From Phoronis australis (taxonomy: Eukaryota > Animalia > Phoronida): a stretch of 64,000 nucleotides of DNA. The notes beneath the pieces are model-generated. The model had not been told where the DNA came from and searched no databases. It worked only from the letters and a program-made list of their open reading frames with translations. The position numbers were made by a program, and so were the translations under genes. The stretch covers positions 210,104 to 274,103 of the forward strand of contig NMRA01000563.1 of the NCBI GenBank assembly GCA_002633005.1, in the 5' to 3' direction. Shown here in pieces: positions 22,001 to 35,600 of this stretch (positions are counted from its first letter, which is position 1; the number at the start of each line of letters is the position of its first letter).

Positions 22001-25000
22001 GCAGATGAGGCCAGCAAGTGTTAAGCTAAATATTAAAACATGCTCTGCTTGACTGCTTGAGTTAATTTCTTTGGATACAATGCACACCTAGATCATTACA
22101 TCGCATTTACTCTGGCAAATGAACTCTGATGACAAGCACACGCACGCTTACTCTCACACACACGCATACAAACTTCAAAACAGATGTCACGTGACAACAA
22201 CATGTGTGTTCCTCCAGAGTTTATTCTCGTGTTACGGGCTACAATCTAGTGCAGATTTGGACTTAATCTGCAGTTAATCCAGACTCCACAAGAACTTAAA
22301 AATCTTAGACACGCTATTTGGAAAACTTGAGGAGGATTTCAGGTAATTTGTCGAGTCGAAGCTGTATTCTTATTCAAGAATTCTAGCCCCATCGACGATT
22401 GCAAGACCGGCAGCTACGCATTTGTCGTGATTATCCTCAAAATTGCTCATGTTGGCTTGGTTCTGGTCAAGCGAAAACAAGTTTTTCACTACCAACCGCC
22501 GTGGAGTATTTGTTACTGTTTCTTTCAAGGGAAATATTGTTGGGCAGTTTCCAAGATACGTTTTCTTGCCGGCGCCATCAAAATGAGCGCTGCATACTTT
22601 ATGCTACGAAGTCGGAAAGAATTCACTTAGTCGGCCTTTGCTACAAGCTCTACCGATGTGTCTGACCCATGTTTAACGCAGTTCTTGATCCTTGGGAAAC
22701 ACTATAACTAAATTCTTTATCTCGCTAACTGGTATTATAGCAGCCAGGCACACAACACGTATAACCTCCCTGAGGCCGGTTCGCCCCCACGCTTGCCGAC
22801 GTACTTGTTTACTGGCTTAACTACAATACAACATTCTGACCCATTTCCAATATGGCGGCGTTGCAACTCCGCTATTGAGAAAATGTTTTTGGGTTACGGG
22901 ACACTTATCTAGGTCACTAGGTCACCTCTTTCACATCATGTTAGAACAGCATGAGATATAACATATAAATTATAAATGAGTGGTGTGGTGAATAACCAGG
23001 GATCAGACTTAAGTAACACATTTAAAAAGGTGCCTATTACATATTCATGCTTTGCCGACAGAACTGACCACATGTGAATTAGGTGAGACAAGAAATTTCC
23101 CATGTATGGTCTCATGCGAAATAAGTGAAGTACAAAATATTATTTTTCTACACATTTTTGGGTGTGTAAAATGACGAGGCGAGTAAGCTAAATTAGTGGA
23201 GAATTACTGTACTCTTTTACTGTAGCTTCTTTTTAGTTGTTTCACCATGATGCTTCCATTATGTTATGCCACACAATAGACAATGTATAACTGCCACAGG
23301 CAGGGAGTGATTATATTCACACAAACATGAACAAAGCCACAAAGATTATACAAAAATCGTTTATTCTTTTGTTGATGTGTTTGTGAATCATCACCTCAGT
23401 CAACTACAAAATGGACACTAGAGATCGAGTTTGGTTAAAATGCACTGTGAGCCCAAGATCGTAACAATGAAGTTATGTCAAATTACCAATGAAATTAATG
23501 TATTTTGGTGAGATCGCTTTTCACAACTTACTGTGTTCATAAAGTGCCAAACTCTGTGCAGCAACTTGGACTTGGTGAATTCGTCATACATTATCAATGG
23601 TCATATGTATGCAGACACACAACTCTCTCAGGATCAAAATTATGTTTTGTCTTCGTTTCCATGGCATCTTGCTAAGCTACGAAAACCTCCTTTACGCTAC
23701 ATCATGGCTATTCAGTGAATGAAAGGGCTGTAGGTATACACAAAACTGCTCTATGACTGGCGGGAGATTGGACTGAATGACAGCTCAGTAACCTTTGAAC
23801 TTGGATATGTAGTAAAGAAATTTCCACACCATTGAGGTGAGTCTGGGAAATTGTTTTTTTTCTACCATAAACAGGCATGATGTCAATTTTAAAGTCAACT
23901 AGAAATGAAGGTAAACAATTCATCCACACATGCAGTCAATATTGCAACAAACTTAAAATTTAAAAGTTAAGTCCTACATATCCCTATTTACTCCAACGAA
24001 GACTAATTGTCAACTGACACGCCAAGTTGTGTTTTTCATATTGCATCACTGCGAGAACACAGGGCAAAGAATAAAATGCATTTGTGTTGAATACTGGACT
24101 GAATAGAATATACCATATAAGGAATTCTTTTTGACGTTGAGAGATGTAAGCCAATAAGCCTTGCCGTTCTTTACATTTGGTAAATTATGTCATTGGTGAC
24201 GCTACATAATGTAGAGACCAACTTATATTACTGGTGATGCTGCGTAATGTAGACAGCAAATTATGTTATTGGTGATGCTACATAAGGTATAGAGCAAATC
24301 ATGTCAGTAACTGGTGATGCTACCTAATGTAAAGAGCAAACTATGTTACACTTCATAAGGTAGAGAGTATGTCAATGGTGATGCTACATAATGTAGAGAG
24401 CAACTTATGTCACTGGTGATGTTGTCGCAAAGTAAAGAGCAAATTATGTCATTAGTGATGCTACGTAATGTAAGGAGCAAATTATGTTATTGGTGATGCT
24501 TCATAAGGTAGAGAGCAAATTATGCTACTGGTCATGCTATATAGGGTAGAGAGCAACTTATGTCACTGGTGATGTTGCATAATGTAAAGAGCAAATTATG
24601 TTACTGGTCATGGTACAAAATGTAAAGAGCAAATTATGTCACTGGTCATGTACTGTGCAGACGTCATAAAACAACAGTGTTTAGCTGGTTTGTACTGTGT
24701 AGAGGTCACAAACAGCAGTGTTTAGCTGGTTTGCACTATGCAGACGTCATAAAACAACAGTGTTTAGCTGATTTGTACTATGTAGATGTCATAAAACAAT
24801 AGTGTTTAGCTGGTTTGTACTGTGTAGACGTCATAGAACAAGTGTTTAGCTGTTTTGTACTGAGTAGGCGTCATAAAACAGCAGTGTTTAGCTGGTTTGA
24901 ACTATGTAGACGTCATAAAACAGCAGTGTTAAGCTGGTTTGTACTGTGTAGATGTCATAAAACAACAGTGTTTAGCTGGTTTGTACTGTGTAGACATCAT

Positions 25001-28000
25001 AAAACAGCAGTGTTAAGCTAGTTTGTACTGTGTACATGTCATAAAACAACATTTGGAAAAGTTTCCATTATTTGCAGCAAGGTAATCAGCCTTTAAAAAT
25101 TGACAAATGGCAATTTTGACAATTATTTTGGTGCGAAATAACTGGAGAATTACAGTACTGTTCAACAAAGGCTTTAAACTCAACATAAACAATGTTTGGA
25201 TGACGAAAGTGCAGAGGTGATTGTTAGCTTATGTTTTAATATCTCTTAAAGCTGCACAGTACAAACTAGTTACTCCACCTAGTGTTAAGTCATGGCACCA
25301 AGTGTCCAGTCATAGAACTAGATTTTTCTAATTCGACTAGATGCCAAAATGCTTCTGGCGAACAAAATGACACGTGATTTTCATTATTTATCCATTTGGG
25401 GGTCAGCATTAAAGTACGGTTGAACTCGTGTACAAGAAGAGTCAAATAAAACATGGCAAGAAAATATGAGTGTTTGCCTGCATGAGTAAAACAAGATGCC
25501 AATGAAACTTTGATTATTGATAACTCAAAGATAAACGAGTTTTGTACAACTGGTTCACACAAGATTAATCTTCACACACACATTAATGCAAGTCTTAATT
25601 ATATAAACTGGAGGTGGGCATAAATGTGTGTATCTGCTTTTAAGATGTGAAAATTTTATTAGAAATTTTGTGGATAAGCTGAATATGGGCTTGAACCTGT
25701 TCAAGTACGGTATTAATTTATTTGTATAAATGTATAAATGTTTTGTTACATGTAATCTCATTTATCCATATACCTAATGTACACGTATTTAATTATCAAT
25801 TATTCTTTATCTTGGACCAGTCTTTTGTTAAAACTCTCCTGTGTTATCTTTGTCAGCATAATTTTTATCCATCATCTGTTCTGTTCATACAATTTTGTAT
25901 TTTCTCATATTTTGTCCTACACATGTATTTTTTTCAAAGCCTATGTTGAATCAATTCTTAATGGAGTCTGTCCGATACAATGACTTGACAGGTAGGACAA
26001 ACCTACAAAACACTTCTACACCTGTGCAAGGACAAGTTGAGACCATTATGTCACCTAGATAAGCGGTCAAATTCATAAGCTTGTTTTTTACATTGTACAT
26101 TGTCAAAGGTTAGAACTTGAATTAATTAATTAGGGAAATGATTGAATCCTTTGAAGCACAGAAAAAATGCAGTTATTAATAAACCCTTCAAGGAAGAGTT
26201 GCCAGACAAAAATGAATGTCATATGGTAGACAGTCCACAGACAATCTAATACCATTTGCTGAGGTATAATCTCATTCAAACATGAACACCACGGTTTTCC
26301 ACTCAAGTCTTTTCACACTGTTTCATGCACAAGGTCAAATTCTACAATTAATGCGTGTGTATGTGAAGTATGCCAACCAAGGGGCATCACAACAACAGAA
26401 GGTGTGAGTTGCAACGGCGCTCATATTGTGTACAGGTGTCAAGCCCAGCTCTGGATTAAGTTTTCGCAGGGACCTAAGCTATAAGCCCAGTTGGCCATTC
26501 TGCTATAAGTCTTTTGATTTACTATGAAACATCAGTGATCTCATTTATTTGTAAATAAACAATTTATTATTTATTATTATTATTTTATTAATGTAATATT
26601 TACAATGCATTTTGATTGCTGATGTCTTCATTATTTGAAAGTATATTCAGTATTTTTCTGCAAAACATTCATGAACAATGACCAAGGTAGCCCTAGTTAT
26701 TTTGTCTGGCTCATGCACTTGCATAGTTTCCAAAGACATTGGGGAAACATGCTATAACTATAAAACTCTTTTCATGCCTTATGTTGTTTCATATGCAGAG
26801 AACTTCCCAGTTGAAATACGCAACCTCCTTTTTACTAAACTGTGAGGTGTGATTGTGACGCAGTGTTTATGGCCATGAGCTGTAGCTGTATAGTTATGTT
26901 AATGGACAATGCGACCTTGAACAATCAAGCAGAAAAATTCTACATAAATCTCCATCTCAGTTTCTTGGATAACTATAACCAAACACATCAGTATAATGAA
27001 TACGAGATAATCAATCTAGTCGTAGAAGGCAGATTTGATTTACTACCAGGTTTACAACATGACAGGGCACTTCACAACTGTGGACAAGACAACACTGCCA
27101 TCTTTTGATGGCAAAATAAGCCAAATCCCTACTGAATGCTGCATAGTTTCTATAGCAACAGCAGCAACTTGGGGAGGTGAGGAGAAAGTAATGCATAATT
27201 CAAAACACTGGAGAGCTTGACAACCAAAAAATTTGGTTCACAAATGAGATGATCTACTCTCTTCGCATGCATAGCATATTTTATATAATGTTTTTGTGTT
27301 TCACCAGCCTGAAGAAACGAAATAACAATGACCTTATGTATCTTAAGGTTATCTGCAACCTTATTTACCGTCCTCCATTCTCGTTAGCTTTGTCAACTAG
27401 TAAAGAAAAAAACAAAGATCAGGAAATATAAATACACTTCTTTTATTTATTTGACCTTATTATTTTTACGTAAAAACCTTTTTTAAGTCAAAATTTCATT
27501 TTTAAGAAAGGTACATTCATAGCAAAATAACCCCTCAGTCGATTTTAAAGAAACCTTTCTTAAATGAAAACTTCACCAGTTACCTCAAAAACGCTCTTAG
27601 GAATTTTCGATTAGTCTTTGCATTTGGTTTCTATGACAAATCAACTCGCAAAACGTAATGTATTTTTGTAAAAAATTGAAGTCGTATTCGTCTTTGTCAC
27701 ATTACGCAAAAACTAGGCCTTATATCAAAAATCCTAACAGTATTTTTGAGATTGATGACCAAATACTAAGTTTGGAAAGTTTCAGCGAAATCCATCTAGC
27801 CCTTTTTGAGCACTAGTGTTCCTAAATTTAAATAAGGTCGATTTGCCGAAGCCGAGAAAAAGTCGATTTAACTGGGACTAGTGAATATCTCAAAGTCTTC
27901 GGTTAATTATTCGTTGAAAACTAGTTTTCGGTACACATAACCTATACAGGTCCTAACTATGTTAGGTATTTCAACGTTCACTCGCAACATCAACTGATTT

Positions 28001-31000
28001 TGCAGTGCGTAACTAACTTAATTATCATTAACACCTCCAATAGACGTATTGTTCCCAGCCAACTTTTACTGTTTATTTACAACCTACTTTCTAAGTAGGT
28101 CACAGTTCATAGCCTGTACACGTGACGTGCTGGGAAACTGATACAAAACCAAGTAAGAAATGGATTACAAAAATCGAATCGATGGTTAAAGCATGTCATT
28201 AGCATGAGATCGAAACGTCGAAATGTCAACTTATTAATTGAATTAAGGAATTAGGGCAAGGATTTATCTCTTTTCACAACTTTCTATGTTCATGACCACA
28301 GAGGCCTGAGGCGACTCGTATCACTCGTTTTCAAAGCCAACGGTCGTATGCATGTAAACGCACAACTCCCTTAGGATCAAAACTACATTTTGTCTTTATT
28401 TTCCCCGGCACCATTCTATCATAAGTACACCTCGTTGGCTCAATGTTATGGCGACTTTGTGAATGAAAGGACTGAGGGTATGCGAAGCTGTTCTGTACCT
28501 GGCGGGAGATTTGATTTAAACGAAAGTCCTTTAACCTTGGTTAAGAAGTAAACAAATATCCACGCGGTTGTGCAGGTCCAAGGTGGTTCTCCTAAATCTT
28601 TTTTCCTTACTACGCAGTATATATTTTGTATTTGAAGTTCTCCGAGAATGAAGATGAGGTATTTTGCTAGACACAAGTGAAATATTATAAAAATGGCCAA
28701 TTTTTGTGAATAAGGTTGGAGATAACCTTAAATAAGCATTCCTTCTTAAAACACAGTCATCAGTACACATTACTATGACTTAATTTTTCAGACTGTTCAA
28801 CAACAGATCATCACTCTGATATCATCCTGACAATAGATGGATTTCACTAGTATTAAAGTCCTAGAAGCATACGATTTTAACCTTTATTAAATGGTTAGAA
28901 GAAACTAAAAGGAACCAAGCAGTAACTATACCATAACCAATACACAATCCGTAGTCAAAGAAAGTTTAAATAGACATGCTTCTCATGATTCCAACCCAAA
29001 GAACACACCGCCATTTCGAACTAACCGCGAAACCAAAAGTATAATTCATTATGTGTAACTGGAGCAGTGTCTGTTACTTGCAAACCACCTTGGACAAAAT
29101 AATCGATAGTGAACCTTAAATTTTAATAAACCCAAATCAGGGACAATTTGTATTGAAACTATTGACGAAATGTGGCAAATGAATTTTCACAGAAATTATT
29201 TTGCTGGACTCGGACCTGCAGCCGATGACCCGGTGCGGACGAGAACAGCACTGGCGAAAGGTGAAGGCATGTGGTGGCCGGCTGTTTTATCGGAATAAAC
29301 TGTTCGAATCATAAATGCCATATATATACAAGGATAGCTTCAAAGACTTGCATATAATTATGGACTAGTCACAGTCATGCACCAACAATAAACAAGGCCG
29401 ACTATGGAGACTAAGCTAAGCGTATTTTACTGGGTGTAATTACCTCTGGTAAGCAAACAGTATAAGGATGGCAACAAACATGCAATATCAAAATGACTGA
29501 ATAAAACTGCTATACAGTTAGAATATCTTGACGAATAAACTTGTGAACGTATAAAAAAAAATTTAGACAGGGAACCTAAGAAACTGGTGGTCTTCCGCAA
29601 CTGCTGTTACGGCTGGGCAGCTGACAACCAACAACAAATGACAGAATACCATTTGGTGCCAAAATAATGTCAGAAAGAAAACTTACCATAGTGCTCAGTG
29701 GTATAATATAAGTATTAGTGAGTTAAAGTTCGTATAAACTACTACCTGGCGGAGCCTGAATGCCTGGCCTAACTAGATATCTGTGCTCCGCCATGCAGGC
29801 CTTGAATTGGTGAAATGCGTGTGATAAAGAGATTAAAAAATACTAAATTATGCTCCTAACACTGTTATATTTTCCAATAGCCAACATTCAGCTCATTGAC
29901 TACTATTCACTACCCTCCCATCCCATTTGCGTTTTCAATTGCGGAATTTTTATGTTTAGACAACAGAGGTATATAATGTAATATTTCATCACGTTTAAAG
30001 TATATTATCCCTAATAATTGAAAATCAAAGCCAATTTAGCAAGTGATTATTTTACCGGCTAAGAGCCACGGAAACTGCAGGGGAATTACTTCGCCGGTTA
30101 CTGTGTCCAGGCAGCAAAATCAAGCACAGGTGCGTGTTATTACCATTGAGGTGTGGAGCTCACTGTTATTACCACTGAGGTGTGGAGCTCAGTGTTATTA
30201 CCATTGAGGTATGGAGCTCAGTGTTATTACCACTGAGGTGTGGAGCTCACTGTCATTACCACTGAGGTGTGGAGCTCAGTGTCATTACCACAGAGGTGTG
30301 GAGCTCAGTGTTATTACCACTGAGGTGTGGAGCTCAGTGTTAGTACCATTGAAATGTGGAGCTCAGTGTTATTACTATTGAGGTGTGGAGCTCAGTGTTA
30401 TTACCATTGAGGTGTGGAGCTCACTGTTATTACCACTGAGGTGTGGAGCTCAGTGTTATTACCATTGAGGTGTGGAGCTCAGTGTTATTACCANNNNNNN
30501 NNNNNNNNNNNNNNNNNNNNNNNNNNNNNNNNNNNNNNNNNNNNNNNNNNNNNNNNNNNNNNNNNNNNNNNNNNNNNNNNNNNNNNNNNNNNNNNNNNNN
30601 NNNNNNNNNNNNNNNNNNNNNNNNNNNNNNNNNNNNNNNNNNNNNNNNNNNNNNNNNNNNNNNNNNNNNNNNNNNNNNNNNNNNNNNNNNNNNNNNNNNN
30701 NNNNNNNNNNNNNNNNNNNNNNNNNNNNNNNNNNNNNNNNNNNNNNNNNNNNNNNNNNNNNNNNNNNNNNNNNNNNNNNNNNNNNNNNNNNNNNNNNNNN
30801 NNNNNNNNNNNNNNNNNNNNNNNNNNNNNNNNNNNNNNNNNNNNNNNNNNNNNNNNNNNNNNNNNNNNNNNNNNNNNNNNNNNNNNNNNNNNNNNNNNNN
30901 NNNNNNNNNNNNNNNNNNNNNNNNNNNNNNNNNNNNNNNNNNNNNNNNNNNNNNNNNNNNNNNNNNNNNNNNNNNNNNNNNNNNNNNNNNNNNNNNNNNN

Positions 31001-32596
31001 NNNNNNNNNNNNNNNNNNNNNNNNNNNNNNNNNNNNNNNNNNNNNNNNNNNNNNNNNNNNNNNNNNNNNNNNNNNNNNNNNNNNNNNNNNNNNNNNNNNN
31101 NNNNNNNNNNNNNNNNNNNNNNNNNNNNNNNNNNNNNNNNNNNNNNNNNNNNNNNNNNNNNNNNNNNNNNNNNNNNNNNNNNNNNNNNNNNNNNNNNNNN
31201 NNNNNNNNNNNNNNNNNNNNNNNNNNNNNNNNNNNNNNNNNNNNNNNNNNNNNNNNNNNNNNNNNNNNNNNNNNNNNNNNNNNNNNNNNNNNNNNNNNNN
31301 NNNNNNNNNNNNNNNNNNNNTGGCAAATGAACTCTGGTGACACACACGCGCTCGCTTACTCACAAATGCAGACGAACTTCAAAACAAACGTCACGTGACA
31401 ACAACATGTGTGTTCGTCCAGACATTTTTCTCGCCGTGTTGCCGATCATACATGTAGATGGCATGATGTTGCACAGATTTGTACTTAAACCTGTCTTTAA
31501 TCCAGACTCCACGGGAACTTAAAAAAAAATCTTAGAGACGTTAGAAAACTAATGAAGATTTCAGGTAATTTGCTTGAGTCGAAACTATTTTTATTCAAGC
31601 ATTGAAGTCGCCATATCGAAGACGGCGATTTCGAGGCAGTCAGTCGGCGAGTTTTCGCCCTGGGATTTCAGCACAATTTTCTGTAAAATGATCGTAATTA
31701 AGTAGCAAAGTTTGATAGCAATGCACCACAGTTTTGTTGAAAGTCTTTCATAAATTACAGATACATCACAGAGCGTAAATTTGATGAATCTTAGCTTCCG
31801 ATTTCACCCGTTTCGGAGACCGGGTTTCAACCGCCTTGTGTTATAATAAGCGCCCCCCTGAACCGAACTTTTCTAAGCGCCCTGGGTGGTTATTACGGCG
31901 AATACGGTACTTGGTACATAAGATTTCGAATTAAATTGCCTTTTGAGATACGAACTTTAAGCAGAGTGTTGGCTCAATCACATAAATGCACAACTGTAAG
32001 CAATGCATGGGTTACAGAATGGCTGAATATCATTAAAATGTTGAAGACAAAACAAGACATAGAGATTTTCAGCAGGTCGCACAGGAAAGCACCTCTCAGT
32101 GAATTTAAGAAATCAGCTATCACTGATCGCGCAAGATAAAGCAATCGTGTGACTGACGGGAAAAATGCAAAAATAATTGCAAGAGAAAGTGACACTAGAA
32201 AAAGAAAAATAAGGAAATCCATCTGCATTAGAAAACAATCCAATATCCTGAACAGAGACGATGGCGCATTTGAACTTTCGTGCGTTTATGACGTCATCTT
32301 GACCCTCACTACGTCACATGGTCACACTGAGGAAGGAAGCAGTCAACATCGACTTTTGAAAACTTCTGCCATTTAATGGTTGAATTTCCTGGATTTTAGA
32401 AGAAATTTCTACTGTAATACATGGGTAAATTTCCACAACAGACCCTGGGCCTGCTTAAGGCGATGCACGATCTTATTGACTTGTCAGTGTATTAAGCCAA
32501 ATATCTACACAACTTTGGAGGAGCATGATGCATAATAATGAGCCTTTGGATAAAGCATGTTTTTAAATCTATTGTATTTTATCCTCTATAAAAGTT

Positions 32597-32631
<35 letters not shown>

Positions 32632-35600
32632 CAACAAGAGCAACGCGAAGCGTTGAAATGCACCCACGAATGCATTGCAAATGGTGTGCTTTTAGGGTTG
32701 TTTATTTGTGTCATAAAAATGGCCACTAAATGGCGCAAAAACATACAATCCATCCAAAAAGGGGAACATGTCATTGCTTCTTAAATAGAAAGCTATACAC
32801 AAAATTTCATAGAAATCCATCATGGAACTTAGAGAAACAAAATAAAAATGAAAACAGAATAAAATGAAATTGGCACTAGGGGACACACTGTTCATTGGAT
32901 CCGCCTGTAAGTCGTCATTGTCTGTTGTTAGCTTCATATAAAAACACTTAGTCTAACAAATTAATTTTAATAAAGATCCTGCAGTGAGTTTAGGAGATAC
33001 AGATGCCTGTATTAAAAATTTTATGAAAATCCGTTGAGGACCTTTGAAGATACAGAGGTAAACATAAAACTAAAATTGCCACCAGGGGGCACAACAGTTG
33101 TCAGATCCATCTGAAAATCGTCATAGTCCGTTGTCAACATCATACATTTAGTAAAGATCGTACAAACGGTTTAGGAGATATAGCCATGGGCACAAAAAAA
33201 CCAAACTGCCACTAGGAGGTGCCACAGTAGTCGAGTCATCAGAAAATCATCGTCACCCGTTCACTTCATAGTAAAAACATACATGCCAATTTTCACAATT
33301 ATCCTGAAAGCGGTTTGGTTGATAGAGGGGTGGACGCCATAAAACAGACTCAAAAACAGTAAAAATGGCCACCAAGTGGCGCAAACTAGGTTGAATCCAT
33401 CTAAAAATGGAAATATAACGTCACCTCACTAACAAAAGCCTATACACCAAATTTTATGAAAATACATCGAGGACCTTTGAAGATACAGAGGTAAACATAA
33501 AAAAATAAAATTGCCACTAGGTGGCACACCAGTAATCAGATCTGTACGAAAGTTGTTGTTGTCTGTTGTCATCATCATATAAATGCACTTACTAAATATA
33601 GTAAAGATCCTGCAAATGGTTAAGGAGATATAGCAAGACGCAAAAAAAAAACTGCCAGTAGGAGGCACCACAGTAGTCGAAGCCATCGGAAAATCATCGT
33701 CAACCGTTCTCTTTATAGTAAGAACATACATGCCAATTTTCACAATCATGCTTCAAGCGGTTTGGTAGATAGAGGGGTGGATGCCAAAAAACAGACGTGA
33801 AAACAGTAAAAATGGCCACAAGGTAGCGCAAACTATGTCGAATCTATCTGAAAACGGGAGAATAACATCGTCTCACTAATAGATGCTTATACACCAAATT
33901 TTGTGAAAATATGTTGAGGACCTTTGAAGATACTGAGGTAAACGTAAAAAACTAAAATTGCTACTAGGGGGCACACCGGTAGTCGGATCCGTCCGAAAGT
34001 TCGCTCATGCTGTCCCATCCATAAAAGGAACACATGTGCAAAACTTCATGAACATACGTCAATCGGTTTTGGAGATAGAGCAGCGGACACCGGACGGACG
34101 CCGGACGGACGCCGGACGGACAGAGATGACGGCATAATGCATCCACATATAAATATGTGGGTGCATCATAATAATAATAATTATTATTATTTTCTGAAAG
34201 AAGAAACCCTGTAGAATTTAATTTTTGACTTTACAGCCATATAATTTTAATTGGATCACACGGCCAAAATTCAGCAAAAAATAAAGGTACATTAATAGCA
34301 AAGTGACAAAAAGGTGACCCAGTTTTGTTTGACATAAATGTATCAGATGAAATCTCAAAAATGCCGATACAATTTTCTAAATTATTATTACTACAATCAA
34401 TGCATCCACAATCAGATGCATTTGACTGCTTTAGCTATGATTTGAGGTACGACCTTCAGTAAAATGGCTCCGAGGATCTTCATTCGTGTTTAATGCCACA
34501 GAGGGCACTAAATGATACAAAGCTATGAAAGCACTGACCTTATGCAATAACTTGGCAATTCCCATTTTTTCCTGATAATAGTCACTTACAGGGGTCCCAA
34601 GTTTTGAGAACCAGTTTTCTCAATTGAAAAACAGGTACCAAACTGGTTCCCAAAATGCCAGTGTAAGTGACTTTTGCCGTAATCCGTCAGTGAAAGGAAG
34701 AAGATTTTGTCCAACGACAGCGACTTTAGTGCAAATTTCCAAGAGCTGATGAACATGTGAACTCTGTTCACTCAAGAAGCTTCATCAAATGCTGGTTCAT
34801 ACACATGCAGTCAACATCGGCCCTTAAGAGTCATTTTACAACAATACCAATTATTGTGTAACTTACAACTTGGACTGTTCCCTTCTTGGGGACATGATAG
34901 CCTCGCTTGCCTCGACCAGACAGATTGATGTGTCCCTGTAAATAACAAAAATTTGTTCAACAACCCCCTTGATATGTGCAAGGTCAACAGTTACAATTCA
35001 AAGTCTCATTATGACATCACACATGTAATCAAGGCATAAGCCTTACATTCTCCCACAACAATTAACATAACAACAGATCAGATTAACACTGACTCTGGAC
35101 AGCGCTTTCCCGGTTCAGTGACTTTAACAGACATAGAGGGTTGTGAGCGTATGATAACATCTAGCTCCTTTGTTAACTGCCAAGCACCGTCTTTTGTCTG
35201 GTATGACAACACGCAGGCCAATTACCTACCAGGCTTATTACAGATCACCTGTGGGCACAGTCAAACCCAGAGCGAATTGGTACATTCGGAAAGAATAGAT
35301 TGTCGTAACGTCAGTTGCAGTTGGGCGATTTTAAAGAATCAAAAACTAAACATGATCACCATTTGACGAGGATTTCAGAAATGTTATTGGTTTATGTTCA
35401 AATACATTATAACTTAACTCTTATTTTTAATAGCACAGCCCAGTCAGGTTAGATACGATCTTATTGAAGATTAGAGCAATTATCGAACAAAAGAGCTGGC
35501 TCTTCAACCATAAATTCCAGAACGGGGTTCATCAGTCATGTAAGATATTGGCTACAGGGGTCATCTTCCCAACTTGTTGTTGGGCTATAGAGTCGAACAA

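Noticed and set aside
30134-30493. 29-bp repeat array resembling CRISPR repeat length
   Set aside because: The units are head-to-tail with no unique spacers, there are no cas genes, and the context is a eukaryotic intron.
30414-31398. ~300-aa ORFs in all six frames
   Set aside because: Artefacts of the N gap.
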